Positions 15,020 to 24,099 of a stretch of DNA of 32,584 bases are shown piece by piece. The stretch is from a virus (Duplodnaviria; Caudoviricetes). Made by a program: the position numbers and the translations under genes. The notes under the pieces are model-generated. The model saw only the letters and a program-made list of their open reading frames with translations, did not search any database and was not told the DNA's origin. Numbering within the stretch: position 1 is the first letter of the stretch; every line of letters starts with the position of its first letter. The DNA lies in IMG/VR virus record IMGVR_UViG_3300025848_000121, positions 1 through 32,584 of that record; one strand, given 5' to 3'.

Positions 15020-17052
15020 AAGACCCAGAGGCATTAGATAGCATCGCTTCGATTAAGATTGATGATAAGGTTAGGGAGTTTACTCAGGAGATTTTCGGGA
15101 AGTCACGGGACGAGAAGAGTAACAGGGAGGAGTGGGAGAACCGAATAGATTCTTATACCCGTAAGCGGTATGGGATTAGATCAAAGAAGAATTTCCCTTG
15201 GCCTGGCAGCGCAAACTTCATCCTTCCTCAGATTGATTCTGATATTAATCGGCTGAAGCCAGCTTATGTGAATTTGGCGATGGGCGTAAGTCCAATCGTT
15301 ACCTTTGAGCCGTTTGGGGCGGAGGATGTTGAGCCAGCTCGTAAGAGGGAGATTCTATTTGATTGGAGAATGAGGACTCAGGTCAAGTTCTTTAAGGATT
15401 ATTGTCTGTCCGTGGATTATATGCTTCACAACGGGTTTACACTTTTTAAGACTGGTTGGAGATTTGAGACTAGGACTTATTTGAAAGTGATTGATTTAAA
15501 GGAAGTTCCTCAGCAGATCTTGGAAGCGATGTATATGCCTGAGGTGAATGACGAGATGATCGGGGCGATTATCGCTGAGGATTTAAAGCCCGATATGACT
15601 CTTGAGGAAAACATGGAAGCCATCAAGAAGGCAGTGAAAGAATTCCGCCAGGGTAAATCTAGATTTGAACTAGAGTTTACCGAGAAAGCCGTGAACCGAG
15701 CCGAGGTTAAAGCGTTGAACCCCAGGGAGGATGTGATCTTCCCTGTTGGGACTTGTGATATTCAGGAAGCTCAGTTTATTGACCATAAGTTTTGGGTGAC
15801 TAAGGATCATATTAAGAAGTGTATTAAGTCGGGTAAGTATGAGAAGTATGATGATTATGATATTGATTGTTGGACTACGAAATCAGCGGATGGTTCGACG
15901 ACTGAATTCTTGAAGGCCACCCGTGACGGGATTCACGCAGAGAACTCTCAGGAGGATTTAATACTTCTTCATGAGATCTCTACTTGGTATGACACAAACA
16001 ATGACGGGATTGATGAGAGGGTGATTATTACTTTCCCTGATGCCGATCCAGATTGCATTCTTAGATTTATTGAAAACCCCTACGACCACGGAATGTTTCC
16101 ATATGTGGTGGTAAGAAGGGAGTACAACGATGCGGAGATTATGTCGAGCCGTGGAATACCTGCTCTTGATGATGACTTTCAGACTGGTATCTCAACTTTG
16201 TTCAACCAAGACATTGATGCGGGGACGATTACGACTACTCCTACTGTTGTGGCGAGGAAGAACTCAGTTAAGAATCTTAGGAATCTTAGGTATGTACCCG
16301 GACAAGTCGTTGAGACAGAAAATGGAACAGCTGATTACACTGTTGTCCAGAACACGAACTTAGGTCAGGCGAATCGTTTTAACAATATGCAATACCTGAA
16401 AGCCTGGGCAAATGACCGAATTGGAAACATTCAAGCGGCGATTTCTCAGGTGAACAACACCCCAGGCTCAGGCCCACAGGGTACTAAGACTGCAAGAGAG
16501 GTCGGGGCGATTGAAGGGGCGGCCTCTCAGCAGAATTCAATGGATCTTCTCGTCTTCCAATCTCAAATGGTAGATCTGTATTATCAGATCGACTCTCTGT
16601 ACTACCAGTTTGGGGACGATGAAGAGTCCATAGCTATTACAGGCCAACCTGCGATGAGGATTACCAGAAAAGAACAACAGGGTAGATTCAATCTTGTTCC
16701 GAACGGACGGCTTGATAACTCGAATCCTCAGTTAAGGGCGCAGAAAGCACAGAACAGGCTACAGATGTTTAATGGAGATCCGTACATTCGTCAGGATCAG
16801 TTAAGGAAGCAGTATCTTGATGATGACGATCTGCGTCTTTCTCAGGTTCTTCTTAAGACTCCTCAAGAAATGCAAGCTGACGCTATGCAAGCTGAGGCTC
16901 AACAGGTCAAGCAGTTACAGACAGCTTTGTTGATGCAGAAAGGGAAGGATCATTTAGAGGTTATGAAGGAAGCTCAGCTAGTCCCGATTCAGGGAAGGAA
17001 ATACGCTCCAGATGTGGAGAAGAAAGCGAAGGTAGGCAGTGGCGAAAAGTAA
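15007..17052 (+). CDS. Portal protein (P22-like)
   Basis: 681 aa, follows terL; FPWPGSAN, ENPYDHGMFPY, PGQVV, GTKTAREV and a Gln-rich C-terminal barrel. Confidence 0.88.
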   Translation: MEEIKDPEALDSIASIKIDDKVREFTQEIFGKSRDEKSNREEWENRIDSYTRKRYGIRSKKNFPWPGSANFILPQIDSDINRLKPAYVNLAMGVSPIVTFEPFGAEDVEPARKREILFDWRMRTQVKFFKDYCLSVDYMLHNGFTLFKTGWRFETRTYLKVIDLKEVPQQILEAMYMPEVNDEMIGAIIAEDLKPDMTLEENMEAIKKAVKEFRQGKSRFELEFTEKAVNRAEVKALNPREDVIFPVGTCDIQEAQFIDHKFWVTKDHIKKCIKSGKYEKYDDYDIDCWTTKSADGSTTEFLKATRDGIHAENSQEDLILLHEISTWYDTNNDGIDERVIITFPDADPDCILRFIENPYDHGMFPYVVVRREYNDAEIMSSRGIPALDDDFQTGISTLFNQDIDAGTITTTPTVVARKNSVKNLRNLRYVPGQVVETENGTADYTVVQNTNLGQANRFNNMQYLKAWANDRIGNIQAAISQVNNTPGSGPQGTKTAREVGAIEGAASQQNSMDLLVFQSQMVDLYYQIDSLYYQFGDDEESIAITGQPAMRITRKEQQGRFNLVPNGRLDNSNPQLRAQKAQNRLQMFNGDPYIRQDQLRKQYLDDDDLRLSQVLLKTPQEMQADAMQAEAQQVKQLQTALLMQKGKDHLEVMKEAQLVPIQGRKYAPDVEKKAKVGSGEK

Positions 17053-17422
17053 GAAAGTTCAGATTGCCGAGAGTGCGAAGAGGGCGAAGGATACTCAGAT
17101 TCAACTTGATATTGAAGATCGCCTTGCGGGATGTGGGCGCAAGGAAGCAGAGCATATTATCTATGTCGGGAATCTAGTAGAGCGTGTTCTTCGTGGAGAG
17201 TTTGGGGCGGTGATTAAGGCTCTGACTGTGGGCCGTACTAGTTCTGAGCTTTCAGCTTCTAGGACTATGAATGTTCCAAGCGAGCGTGTGCTAGGGCGTC
17301 TTGAGATGGCCGATTCTCTTTGGTGCGATCTTGAGCAATTTGTTTTAGACAAAGACAAGCTCATGAAACCATCAGAGGAAAACCTTGAGGGCGTTCACTC
17401 TTATAACTATGGGCCGGACTAA
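17039..17422 (+). CDS. Hypothetical protein (portal-adjacent)
   Basis: 127-aa helical ORF in the slot between portal and scaffold. Confidence 0.65.
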   Translation: MAKSKKVQIAESAKRAKDTQIQLDIEDRLAGCGRKEAEHIIYVGNLVERVLRGEFGAVIKALTVGRTSSELSASRTMNVPSERVLGRLEMADSLWCDLEQFVLDKDKLMKPSEENLEGVHSYNYGPD

Positions 17423-17562
17423 ACATTTAAATAATAAATTTTTTGCAACCGACGAGCCTCAACTCGTAAAACTGCGGGAGACTGGGACTCCATATAACCC
17501 CTGAGTAGGTTGCGAAGGTTTCTTGAGAACCTTTAATCTCATGGAATGAAAGGTAAAAAACA

Positions 17563-18564
17563 ATGCCAGTAAATATAAACAACATGAACCCAGAACAGAA
17601 AGCTCTTAATTCGGCGGATCAATTTTCACGAGAGGACGAGTTTGCAAAAAAGCTCGTCGAGAGCTTTGATTTACCCTCCAATCTTGCTAATGAGATTGAC
17701 GAGAAGATAGAAGATGAAAAGCGTGGGCCTAAGAAAAAAGAGGAAGAGGAAGAAGATGTAGAGGATTCTGAGGAAGAGCAAGCGTCCGAAGATGTTGAGG
17801 ACGATGGAGATTCTGAGTCTGATGAATCAGATGAAGAGGAAGAGGACTTAATTCCGAAGTCGAAGGTTCAAGCGAGAATTGACGAGCTTACCCGTGAGAA
17901 GAAGGAAATGGCGGCGAGACTTCGTAAGCTTGAACAGCAGGCCGAGGAAAAGAGAACCCCGGAAGACTCTGATCTTCAGAAGCTCGAAGCGATGGATGAC
18001 GCACAGCTCAAGGCTTTAAAACGTCAAGTGAAAGCAGAGCAAATGAACGCTGTGCAGGCTCAGGATCGTGCGAAGCTAAACGAGCTTATGGACTTAGAGG
18101 ATAAGATTGATTCAGTCGCCTCTAACGCTCCTAAGCGTTTTGCTGATTCTCAGATTCGTAAGTTTAACGAAGCCGTGAATGAAACCGTTTCTGACGGAGA
18201 AATTCCGAACTTTAAACAAGCGAGTCCTCAGATATTCAAGAAAGCCCAGGAGATTTACGCTAAGTCTTCGTCTTTGAAAAGTAGTGTTAACGGTCAGGCT
18301 GAAGCTTGGAACCTAGCTGTTGAACACTATAAAGAAGTTTCCAAATTATCGGAGGGGAAATCAAAGAGCGTGGAAACCGAGCGGAAATTCAATAGCCTTA
18401 AGAAGAAGGTGAGCGTGGATAGCGGTGTTACCAAAGGAACCGAGCAGGCTGAGACAGATCGAAAGACCTTTCAGAAAGCCAAGCATGGGACTGAGGATGA
18501 CAAGCTGAACTTCTTCAAGAAGTCTGTTATTTCCCAGGATATGTATAAGCCGAACAAGAGTTAA
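17563..18564 (+). CDS. Capsid scaffolding protein
   Basis: Very acidic tract then VQARIDELTREK coiled coil; directly upstream of the capsid gene. Confidence 0.8.
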   Translation: MPVNINNMNPEQKALNSADQFSREDEFAKKLVESFDLPSNLANEIDEKIEDEKRGPKKKEEEEEDVEDSEEEQASEDVEDDGDSESDESDEEEEDLIPKSKVQARIDELTREKKEMAARLRKLEQQAEEKRTPEDSDLQKLEAMDDAQLKALKRQVKAEQMNAVQAQDRAKLNELMDLEDKIDSVASNAPKRFADSQIRKFNEAVNETVSDGEIPNFKQASPQIFKKAQEIYAKSSSLKSSVNGQAEAWNLAVEHYKEVSKLSEGKSKSVETERKFNSLKKKVSVDSGVTKGTEQAETDRKTFQKAKHGTEDDKLNFFKKSVISQDMYKPNKS

Positions 18565-18591
18565 TGAGGCTGGGTCTAAAAGGAAATTGAA

Positions 18592-19515
18592 ATGGCGTCT
18601 ACACAGGTAAATACGTACTTCGCTAAAGGAAATCGGGAAGAACTCTCGAATAAGGTCGCTGACCTTTTCGCCGATGAAGTCCCGTTTTATGCGATGGCGA
18701 AGAAATACAAAGTGGGAAATAGTAAAACTGAGTGGCAGGACGATTCTTTAGCGGCGGCTAGCACTACGGCTATCGTTGAAGGTGCGACTGTTACTTATAC
18801 GCAACCCGCAACTCGTACCCGTCACCAAAACTACTGCCATATCCGTCTTCGTAACTGGGATGTTACTTTCTCCCAGGCTTCGATGGATGTTGCCGGGGTT
18901 CCTGACCAAATCGCTCGTGAAGTAATGAAAGCGATGAAGTCTTTGATGACGGATTATGACAAAATCTTCTTGAATACTGGTAATACGTCTGCGGGTACTA
19001 CTTCCACGGGACGTAAATCCAAGGGTATTCAGAAAGCTATTGTCACGAATACCGCTGTTGGAACGGGTGCTGGTAATTCAGGTGTTATTCAGCTAACAGA
19101 AGATAACGTTAACTTGCTCCTTAAGAAAATCTGGGCGCAGGGCGGTGATCCTAGAGCGTTGTATTGCGGTGGACACAACAAGAACGTTATTTCCAAGAAA
19201 TTCTCTGCGAAGACTGGATTCACTTGGAACATTGAAGCGTCTGCTCGTACAGCCATCGCTAACGTCAATAAGTACGAAGGTTCTTTCGGTACTCTTGACA
19301 TTATCGGTGATCGTCAGCACATGACGAAGCGTATCACGATTGTGACGCCTTCCCTTGTTCGGGTTGGTATCTTCCGTGATATCGAACAGTATAAAGGAGC
19401 GCAGGCCGCTTCATCCGTTCGTGGATGGGTCGAATCTGAGCAGACTTTAAACTGGGGTAATGAAAAAGGACATGGTAAAGCCAGCTATTTGAAATCTGGT
19501 GGAACTATCGCCTAG
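18592..19515 (+). CDS. Major capsid protein (DUF5309/SU10-like)
   Basis: GNREELS...TEWQDDSL...EG...TR..NYCHI, YEGSFG motifs; 307 aa; followed by a terminator. Confidence 0.88.
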   Translation: MASTQVNTYFAKGNREELSNKVADLFADEVPFYAMAKKYKVGNSKTEWQDDSLAAASTTAIVEGATVTYTQPATRTRHQNYCHIRLRNWDVTFSQASMDVAGVPDQIAREVMKAMKSLMTDYDKIFLNTGNTSAGTTSTGRKSKGIQKAIVTNTAVGTGAGNSGVIQLTEDNVNLLLKKIWAQGGDPRALYCGGHNKNVISKKFSAKTGFTWNIEASARTAIANVNKYEGSFGTLDIIGDRQHMTKRITIVTPSLVRVGIFRDIEQYKGAQAASSVRGWVESEQTLNWGNEKGHGKASYLKSGGTIA

Positions 19516-19524
19516 TAGTTAATG

Positions 19525-19562
19525 ATTGGGGAGGGGGACTAAAAATCCCTCTCCCTAATTTA
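19525..19562 (+). terminator. Intrinsic terminator-like hairpin after the capsid gene
   Basis: attggggaggggga-ctaaaaa-tccctctccctaat with a weak U-tract. Confidence 0.6.
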
Positions 19563-19575
19563 ACAGGAGAATTAA

Positions 19576-19974
19576 ATGAAAAAACTTTTGATGGTGTTGG
19601 TTGCTTTGATGATTTTAAGCTCAGATGTGTTTGCTGATGGACGTACCGTTTATGGTACGGCTGGTGTTTCTAACGGTTCGGTTGATGCCAGCGTAATCCC
19701 CGCTCAGGGTGCGGGTGTTTCGATTAGAGTTCTTTCTGTTGTATGCGCTGTTGAGGTTGCGGCTGTTGGTAGTGGTGGAGAAATTGCTTTAGAAAATGGG
19801 GCCAATGGAACTCGAATCTTTCAAGCTGATGCTGATGCCGTAGCTGTTTACTCATTCAATCTTGCTCCTAATGGTTACATTCTTTCTGCTAACACAGCTC
19901 TGAATGTGACAGTGGACGGTGCGGCTACAACCCAAGCGACTGGTTCTTGCACCGCTTCAGGAGAAGCTATTTAA
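19576..19974 (+). CDS. Small beta-rich protein with a Sec-type signal peptide; possible head decoration or exported protein
   Basis: MKKLLMVLVALMILSSDVFA then Ala/Gly/Val/Thr-rich sequence; AGGAG RBS. Confidence 0.7.
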   Translation: MKKLLMVLVALMILSSDVFADGRTVYGTAGVSNGSVDASVIPAQGAGVSIRVLSVVCAVEVAAVGSGGEIALENGANGTRIFQADADAVAVYSFNLAPNGYILSANTALNVTVDGAATTQATGSCTASGEAI

Positions 19975-20444
19975 TGGATGATTTTAAGTCTTCGTCAAAC
20001 GAGGCTTTAAGAGAGAATGCACAAGCTGAGGCTTTAAAAGAAAACCCTCGCCTTGCCAAGCAGAACCCTCTTGAGTTTATTAACTTGGTATATAAGAAGT
20101 TCTGCGAGAATCGAATTGATGATTTTCCACGCCTATGCGAAGTGACTCGTTGGCAGAATAAACTTAAGTGGGATGAGCTTAATCAGATTGGGAAGAAGGG
20201 AAAGTATACGGACTCAATGGGATGGAGCGAAAAAGGAGAGTTCAAGTTTGATTATGAGATCCCGCAAGAACTCTATCTTTTCATGGTGAATCTTGTCTAT
20301 TCGGATTTTTGGGAAGAGGCGAATGAGAAGGTCTGGAGAAAGTTCATGAAGAATATTCTTCGGGGTGATGATCCGATGGAAACTCTAATGAAAGTAAAAG
20401 CATACTACGGGAGTAATTCCCAGGAAGGTTTGGTTTTGAACTAA
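19974..20444 (+). CDS. Hypothetical protein
   Basis: Likely start MDDFKSS (TAATG overlap, AGGAG RBS). Confidence 0.7.
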   Translation: MDDFKSSSNEALRENAQAEALKENPRLAKQNPLEFINLVYKKFCENRIDDFPRLCEVTRWQNKLKWDELNQIGKKGKYTDSMGWSEKGEFKFDYEIPQELYLFMVNLVYSDFWEEANEKVWRKFMKNILRGDDPMETLMKVKAYYGSNSQEGLVLN

Positions 20445-20893
20445 TGGGTCAGACGATAGAGAATCTTAAAGAGTCTAAGCTAGATGGTGAGCAGATATTT
20501 CCCAAGAGATTTGTTGTGGAGATCTGTGAGGCGGTTCACGTTCATTACAAGAATCTAAGAATTCTCCTTTCCTTAGAAGACTGGAAAGAAATGGCTAAGG
20601 GGATGGCGGATTCTCTTAGGCGTTGGGATGAGCGCAGATGCCCTGAGCCAGCCGAGGGTACTCACATTGAACTTTGCAGGAAAGTCGTAGGTTCTAAGAA
20701 TCTTGGCGGAGATTCCGTGAAGATTAACTTGAATAAGAATCTCTACTCTATGAATGTCGGAAAGATATTTGCAGAGGGCGCACAGTTAGAAGACCCGGAG
20801 TATGTTCATCTTAAGCTATGGGACTTGCGTTTAGAGCTGACTAAGGATCAGTACAAGACCTTACGTCAAGCGGTAATTGAGGCAGAGTTATGA
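20444..20893 (+). CDS. Hypothetical protein with an internal duplicated motif
   Basis: EAVHVHYKNLRILLSLEDWKEM and EYVHLKLWDLRLELTKDQYKTL. Confidence 0.7.
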   Translation: MGQTIENLKESKLDGEQIFPKRFVVEICEAVHVHYKNLRILLSLEDWKEMAKGMADSLRRWDERRCPEPAEGTHIELCRKVVGSKNLGGDSVKINLNKNLYSMNVGKIFAEGAQLEDPEYVHLKLWDLRLELTKDQYKTLRQAVIEAEL

Positions 20894-21579
20894 AGGTCGG
20901 TATATTTGTCCCTTGCTTCAAACGCCCTGAGTACACAGCCATCTGCATCAAGGCTTTAGAAAAAGCGCAAGAGTATAAGGATTGCGAGTTCTATCTTCTT
21001 GATGACGGCTCACAGGATGGTACTTCTGATATTCTAAATAACGCAAGTCTTGATTCTACCACTATCATTTCTAAGGAAAATCACGGACTTAGATCGAGCA
21101 TTCTTGGGTTTTTTGACTGGGCAAAGAATGAGAGATTTGACCTTATCGCTAAGATCGATAATGACTGTGCGGTTCCTGTGAACTGGCTTAATGACGTAGT
21201 AAAAGTGTTTGAGTCAACGGATGTTGATATTCTCTCTCCGAATGTTGAGCCTTCTAATGCGGCGTTCGTTCATGGAAAACATGAGGATGGTCTTCCTTAT
21301 CGCCCCTCCAAGATTGTCGGTGGACTCTGGATTATGAGAACGAGTCTACTTGATGACGTTCAGTTCGAAAGAATGAGCGCAAGAGGAATCAAGGGGGCGT
21401 TTAGTTTGCTCTATCAGATCATAGTCGAGAAGGAACCAAAGATCGGTTGGCTTCCGAATGTAACCGTCCAAGACATCGGCCATTGGAGTGGGAAGCACGA
21501 AAATCACATCAAATCAGAAGAACATCAAGCCTATTCATCTTATGTCGGAAGACCTATCGCATGGAGTTCAGAGTTATGA
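20890..21579 (+). CDS. Glycosyltransferase family 2 (GT-A fold)
   Basis: IFVPCFKRP, LLDDGSQDGT, NHG, KIDND (DxD). Confidence 0.88.
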   Translation: MKVGIFVPCFKRPEYTAICIKALEKAQEYKDCEFYLLDDGSQDGTSDILNNASLDSTTIISKENHGLRSSILGFFDWAKNERFDLIAKIDNDCAVPVNWLNDVVKVFESTDVDILSPNVEPSNAAFVHGKHEDGLPYRPSKIVGGLWIMRTSLLDDVQFERMSARGIKGAFSLLYQIIVEKEPKIGWLPNVTVQDIGHWSGKHENHIKSEEHQAYSSYVGRPIAWSSEL

Positions 21580-22136
21580 TAATCAGATTTGATGATGTGA
21601 ACCCAAACACCAATGTGTATAAGATGAACAATCTTATAAAGGTACTAGACGATGCGATTCCGAATCTTGAGATATGGTTTGCGGTTAATATGTTCTCGAA
21701 GTCTTCAAACGTTAATTCGGTTTACCCGGATGTTCCGTTTAAGGACAAACCTAAAGAATATTTTTATAACGTTGATAGAACTTTCCTTCCTCACCTTTTT
21801 AATCGCAAGCTGGTATCTCATGGTCTTATTCACTGCGATCATTCAAGGATTGGAATCGATGCTCAAGAGATGAGCATTGTGAGTTCGTGCAGGTACTTGG
21901 ATACGGACATATTCGTTCCGCCATTTAATAGATGGAACCAGCAGACTGAAATGATCTGTAAGGATCACGGAATTAAGCTCCAGAAACTATCAGACGGATG
22001 GCTTTCTATGGAGCATAACAAGTTTGATTTGAATCATGAGAAATGGTATCTGCATCCCTGGCGTTGGACTACTGAACAATTGGAGGATTATCTTGTCGGC
22101 AAGAAGTTGGGACAGCTACAAGGAAACGCTCTATGA
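21576..22136 (+). CDS. Polysaccharide deacetylase-like protein (CE4/NodB-like, DUF2334-like)
   Basis: IIRFDD, SHGLIH, FVPPFN, LHPW motifs; ATGA-coupled start. Confidence 0.78.
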   Translation: MIIRFDDVNPNTNVYKMNNLIKVLDDAIPNLEIWFAVNMFSKSSNVNSVYPDVPFKDKPKEYFYNVDRTFLPHLFNRKLVSHGLIHCDHSRIGIDAQEMSIVSSCRYLDTDIFVPPFNRWNQQTEMICKDHGIKLQKLSDGWLSMEHNKFDLNHEKWYLHPWRWTTEQLEDYLVGKKLGQLQGNAL

Positions 22137-22572
22137 AGTTCTGGAACTTCTCAAGCCTGAGACAGTCCTTGAGTTCGGGAGCGGATTTTCTACTCAGATT
22201 ATGGGAATGTATCCTAGCGTTGTCTCGCTACTTTCTGTTGAACACGATAAGGAGTATTACGAAAAGAATAAGGGGAATTGCTCAGATAACACGAAGCTCG
22301 TTTACGAGCCAAATCTCGATACCTACGCAAAAACAAAGCTTGAAAAGAAAACAGATTTTGTGTTCGTCGATGGAAGGAATCGCTCCGCTTGTCTCAGGGA
22401 AGTTCGATGTCTTGGATGCCCGGTTATGCTCCATGACGCAGATCGTGAGCAATACAGAGAAGCAGTGTTGGAGTACAAGTTCCAAATATGGACGGACGAA
22501 ATGAGTACGGTAACCCTTACGGATGATGAGGGAATGTTTAAGAGATTGAGTGAGGTTCTTCGTGGCAGGTAA
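22093..22572 (+). CDS. Class I SAM-dependent methyltransferase
   Basis: VLEFGSGFST, SVEHD, FVFVDGRNR, LHDA; TTG start after GGAGG. Confidence 0.8.
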   Translation: MSARSWDSYKETLYEVLELLKPETVLEFGSGFSTQIMGMYPSVVSLLSVEHDKEYYEKNKGNCSDNTKLVYEPNLDTYAKTKLEKKTDFVFVDGRNRSACLREVRCLGCPVMLHDADREQYREAVLEYKFQIWTDEMSTVTLTDDEGMFKRLSEVLRGR

Positions 22573-23113
22573 GATAGCCATACATCAGCCTAATTTTTTT
22601 CCTTATTTTCCGTTCTTCTATAAGATGGCGAAGGCGGATGTGTTCGTTGTTATGATCCATTGTCAGTTTGAAAAGAACGGGTTTCAGAATCGTGCGTTAG
22701 TTAAGGATAAATGGTGGAGTGTTCCAGTGACGGGCGGAACGATGGCGATTAAGGATAAGCATTATTCAAATGGTAATAAACTTATTGATGTGAATATGCC
22801 GCTGATTATCGGATTGGCTAAGGCTCTTGGTATTAACACCTCAAAGATTCACTACGATTTTCCAACGGAATCTAAGGGAACAGAGAGAATTATCGAGATT
22901 TGCAAGAGATTTAATTGCGATCAGTACCTTACGAATCCTGAGGCTACGGACAAGTATTTAAGTGAGAAAGAATTAAATGACGCAGGGATTGAGATGGTTT
23001 CATGTCATCCTCCAGCTGAGTACAGAAAATCACTTCCTGAGATGTTTGAGTCCCACGGAATTGATGGGACTGTAAAGATTCTTAACAAGGAGTTTAAATC
23101 TTGCAAAGCCTAA
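22550..23113 (+). CDS. wbqC: WbqC family protein
   Basis: AIHQPNFFPY...KM..ADVF...QFEKNGFQNR, GTERIIEIC...YL motifs. Confidence 0.85.
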   Translation: MRFFVAGKIAIHQPNFFPYFPFFYKMAKADVFVVMIHCQFEKNGFQNRALVKDKWWSVPVTGGTMAIKDKHYSNGNKLIDVNMPLIIGLAKALGINTSKIHYDFPTESKGTERIIEICKRFNCDQYLTNPEATDKYLSEKELNDAGIEMVSCHPPAEYRKSLPEMFESHGIDGTVKILNKEFKSCKA

Positions 23114-24099
23114 AGCAGTTTTTCGCTTATATGAATGATATTTCATTTGAGTATGTCGTTCTCCGTAATTGGGACGGTCTACCCTACGACTTTAATCTTG
23201 GTGAACATTCTGACTTAGACTTGCTCGTGGCAGACTTTGAGCATTGGAAAGAGATATTCCCTGAGGCTGTAGCGGAATATCCGTATCCAAGAGTGAGGAT
23301 GAAGCTAGCGGTGGATGATAGCTACGTTTATGTGGATGTTAGGCATATCGGAGATGACTATTACCCTGAGGACTTTGAACGGGCAATCTTAGAGACTCGT
23401 GAGTGGAACTCTAAGGGATTCTATACGCCAAACCCAATCCACCATAGGATTGCTCTTGCTTATCACGCCGTCCATCACAAGGATTATATCTCTAGGGAAT
23501 ACACGAGATTCCTTGGTGATGCTTCTGTGGAAGGACTACTTGAGGCACTTAAGAAATCATCAATCGGGTGGATAGCACCAAAGGATAAATCTGTGGGATC
23601 ATTTAACGGATATTGGAAAGGAGCAACGGCTCTAGTTACCAAGGAAGACGGTAAAATCAAGAAAGAGCAAGTGAACTATAAGAGTTACAAGCTAATCCAA
23701 AATGAGTATGAAAAACTTAGAGATGCGAACTCCCCGCACTTCCCAAAGGTCTTTGGCTATGACGGAAATGTTATCACGATGGAAGATTGCGGATATCCGA
23801 TTCTATCCTATATACCTGACAATTGGAGAGAACAGCTAATTGAAATAATGCAAGACTTAAAAATTCATGGTATAATTCATAGAGATTTAAAGGTTGACAA
23901 CCTGACTGTTAAGGACGGCGTGATTAAGCTGATTGATTTTGGCTGGTCTGTGTATGTGGATGAGATTGAGAGTAAACCTGCCCCTTCCTGCCTAGGGTAT
24001 CCCAATAAGCCTTCCTGGGGATTTGATGATGATTACTCTATGAGATGTGTAGTTAAACAAATCCAGTACGAACTGGAAGAAAAGGGTGTGTCTGCGTGA
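23101..24099 (+). CDS. Fusion of a nucleotidyltransferase-like domain and a protein-kinase-like domain
   Basis: N-half YVVLRNW...SDLDLLV...YVDV; C-half NEY, FPKV, MEDCG, HRDLKVDN, LIDFG. Confidence 0.75.
   Translation: MQSLKQFFAYMNDISFEYVVLRNWDGLPYDFNLGEHSDLDLLVADFEHWKEIFPEAVAEYPYPRVRMKLAVDDSYVYVDVRHIGDDYYPEDFERAILETREWNSKGFYTPNPIHHRIALAYHAVHHKDYISREYTRFLGDASVEGLLEALKKSSIGWIAPKDKSVGSFNGYWKGATALVTKEDGKIKKEQVNYKSYKLIQNEYEKLRDANSPHFPKVFGYDGNVITMEDCGYPILSYIPDNWREQLIEIMQDLKIHGIIHRDLKVDNLTVKDGVIKLIDFGWSVYVDEIESKPAPSCLGYPNKPSWGFDDDYSMRCVVKQIQYELEEKGVSA

Noticed and set aside
17720-17850. Purine-rich repetitive tract
   Set aside because: Explained by the acidic region of the scaffolding protein.
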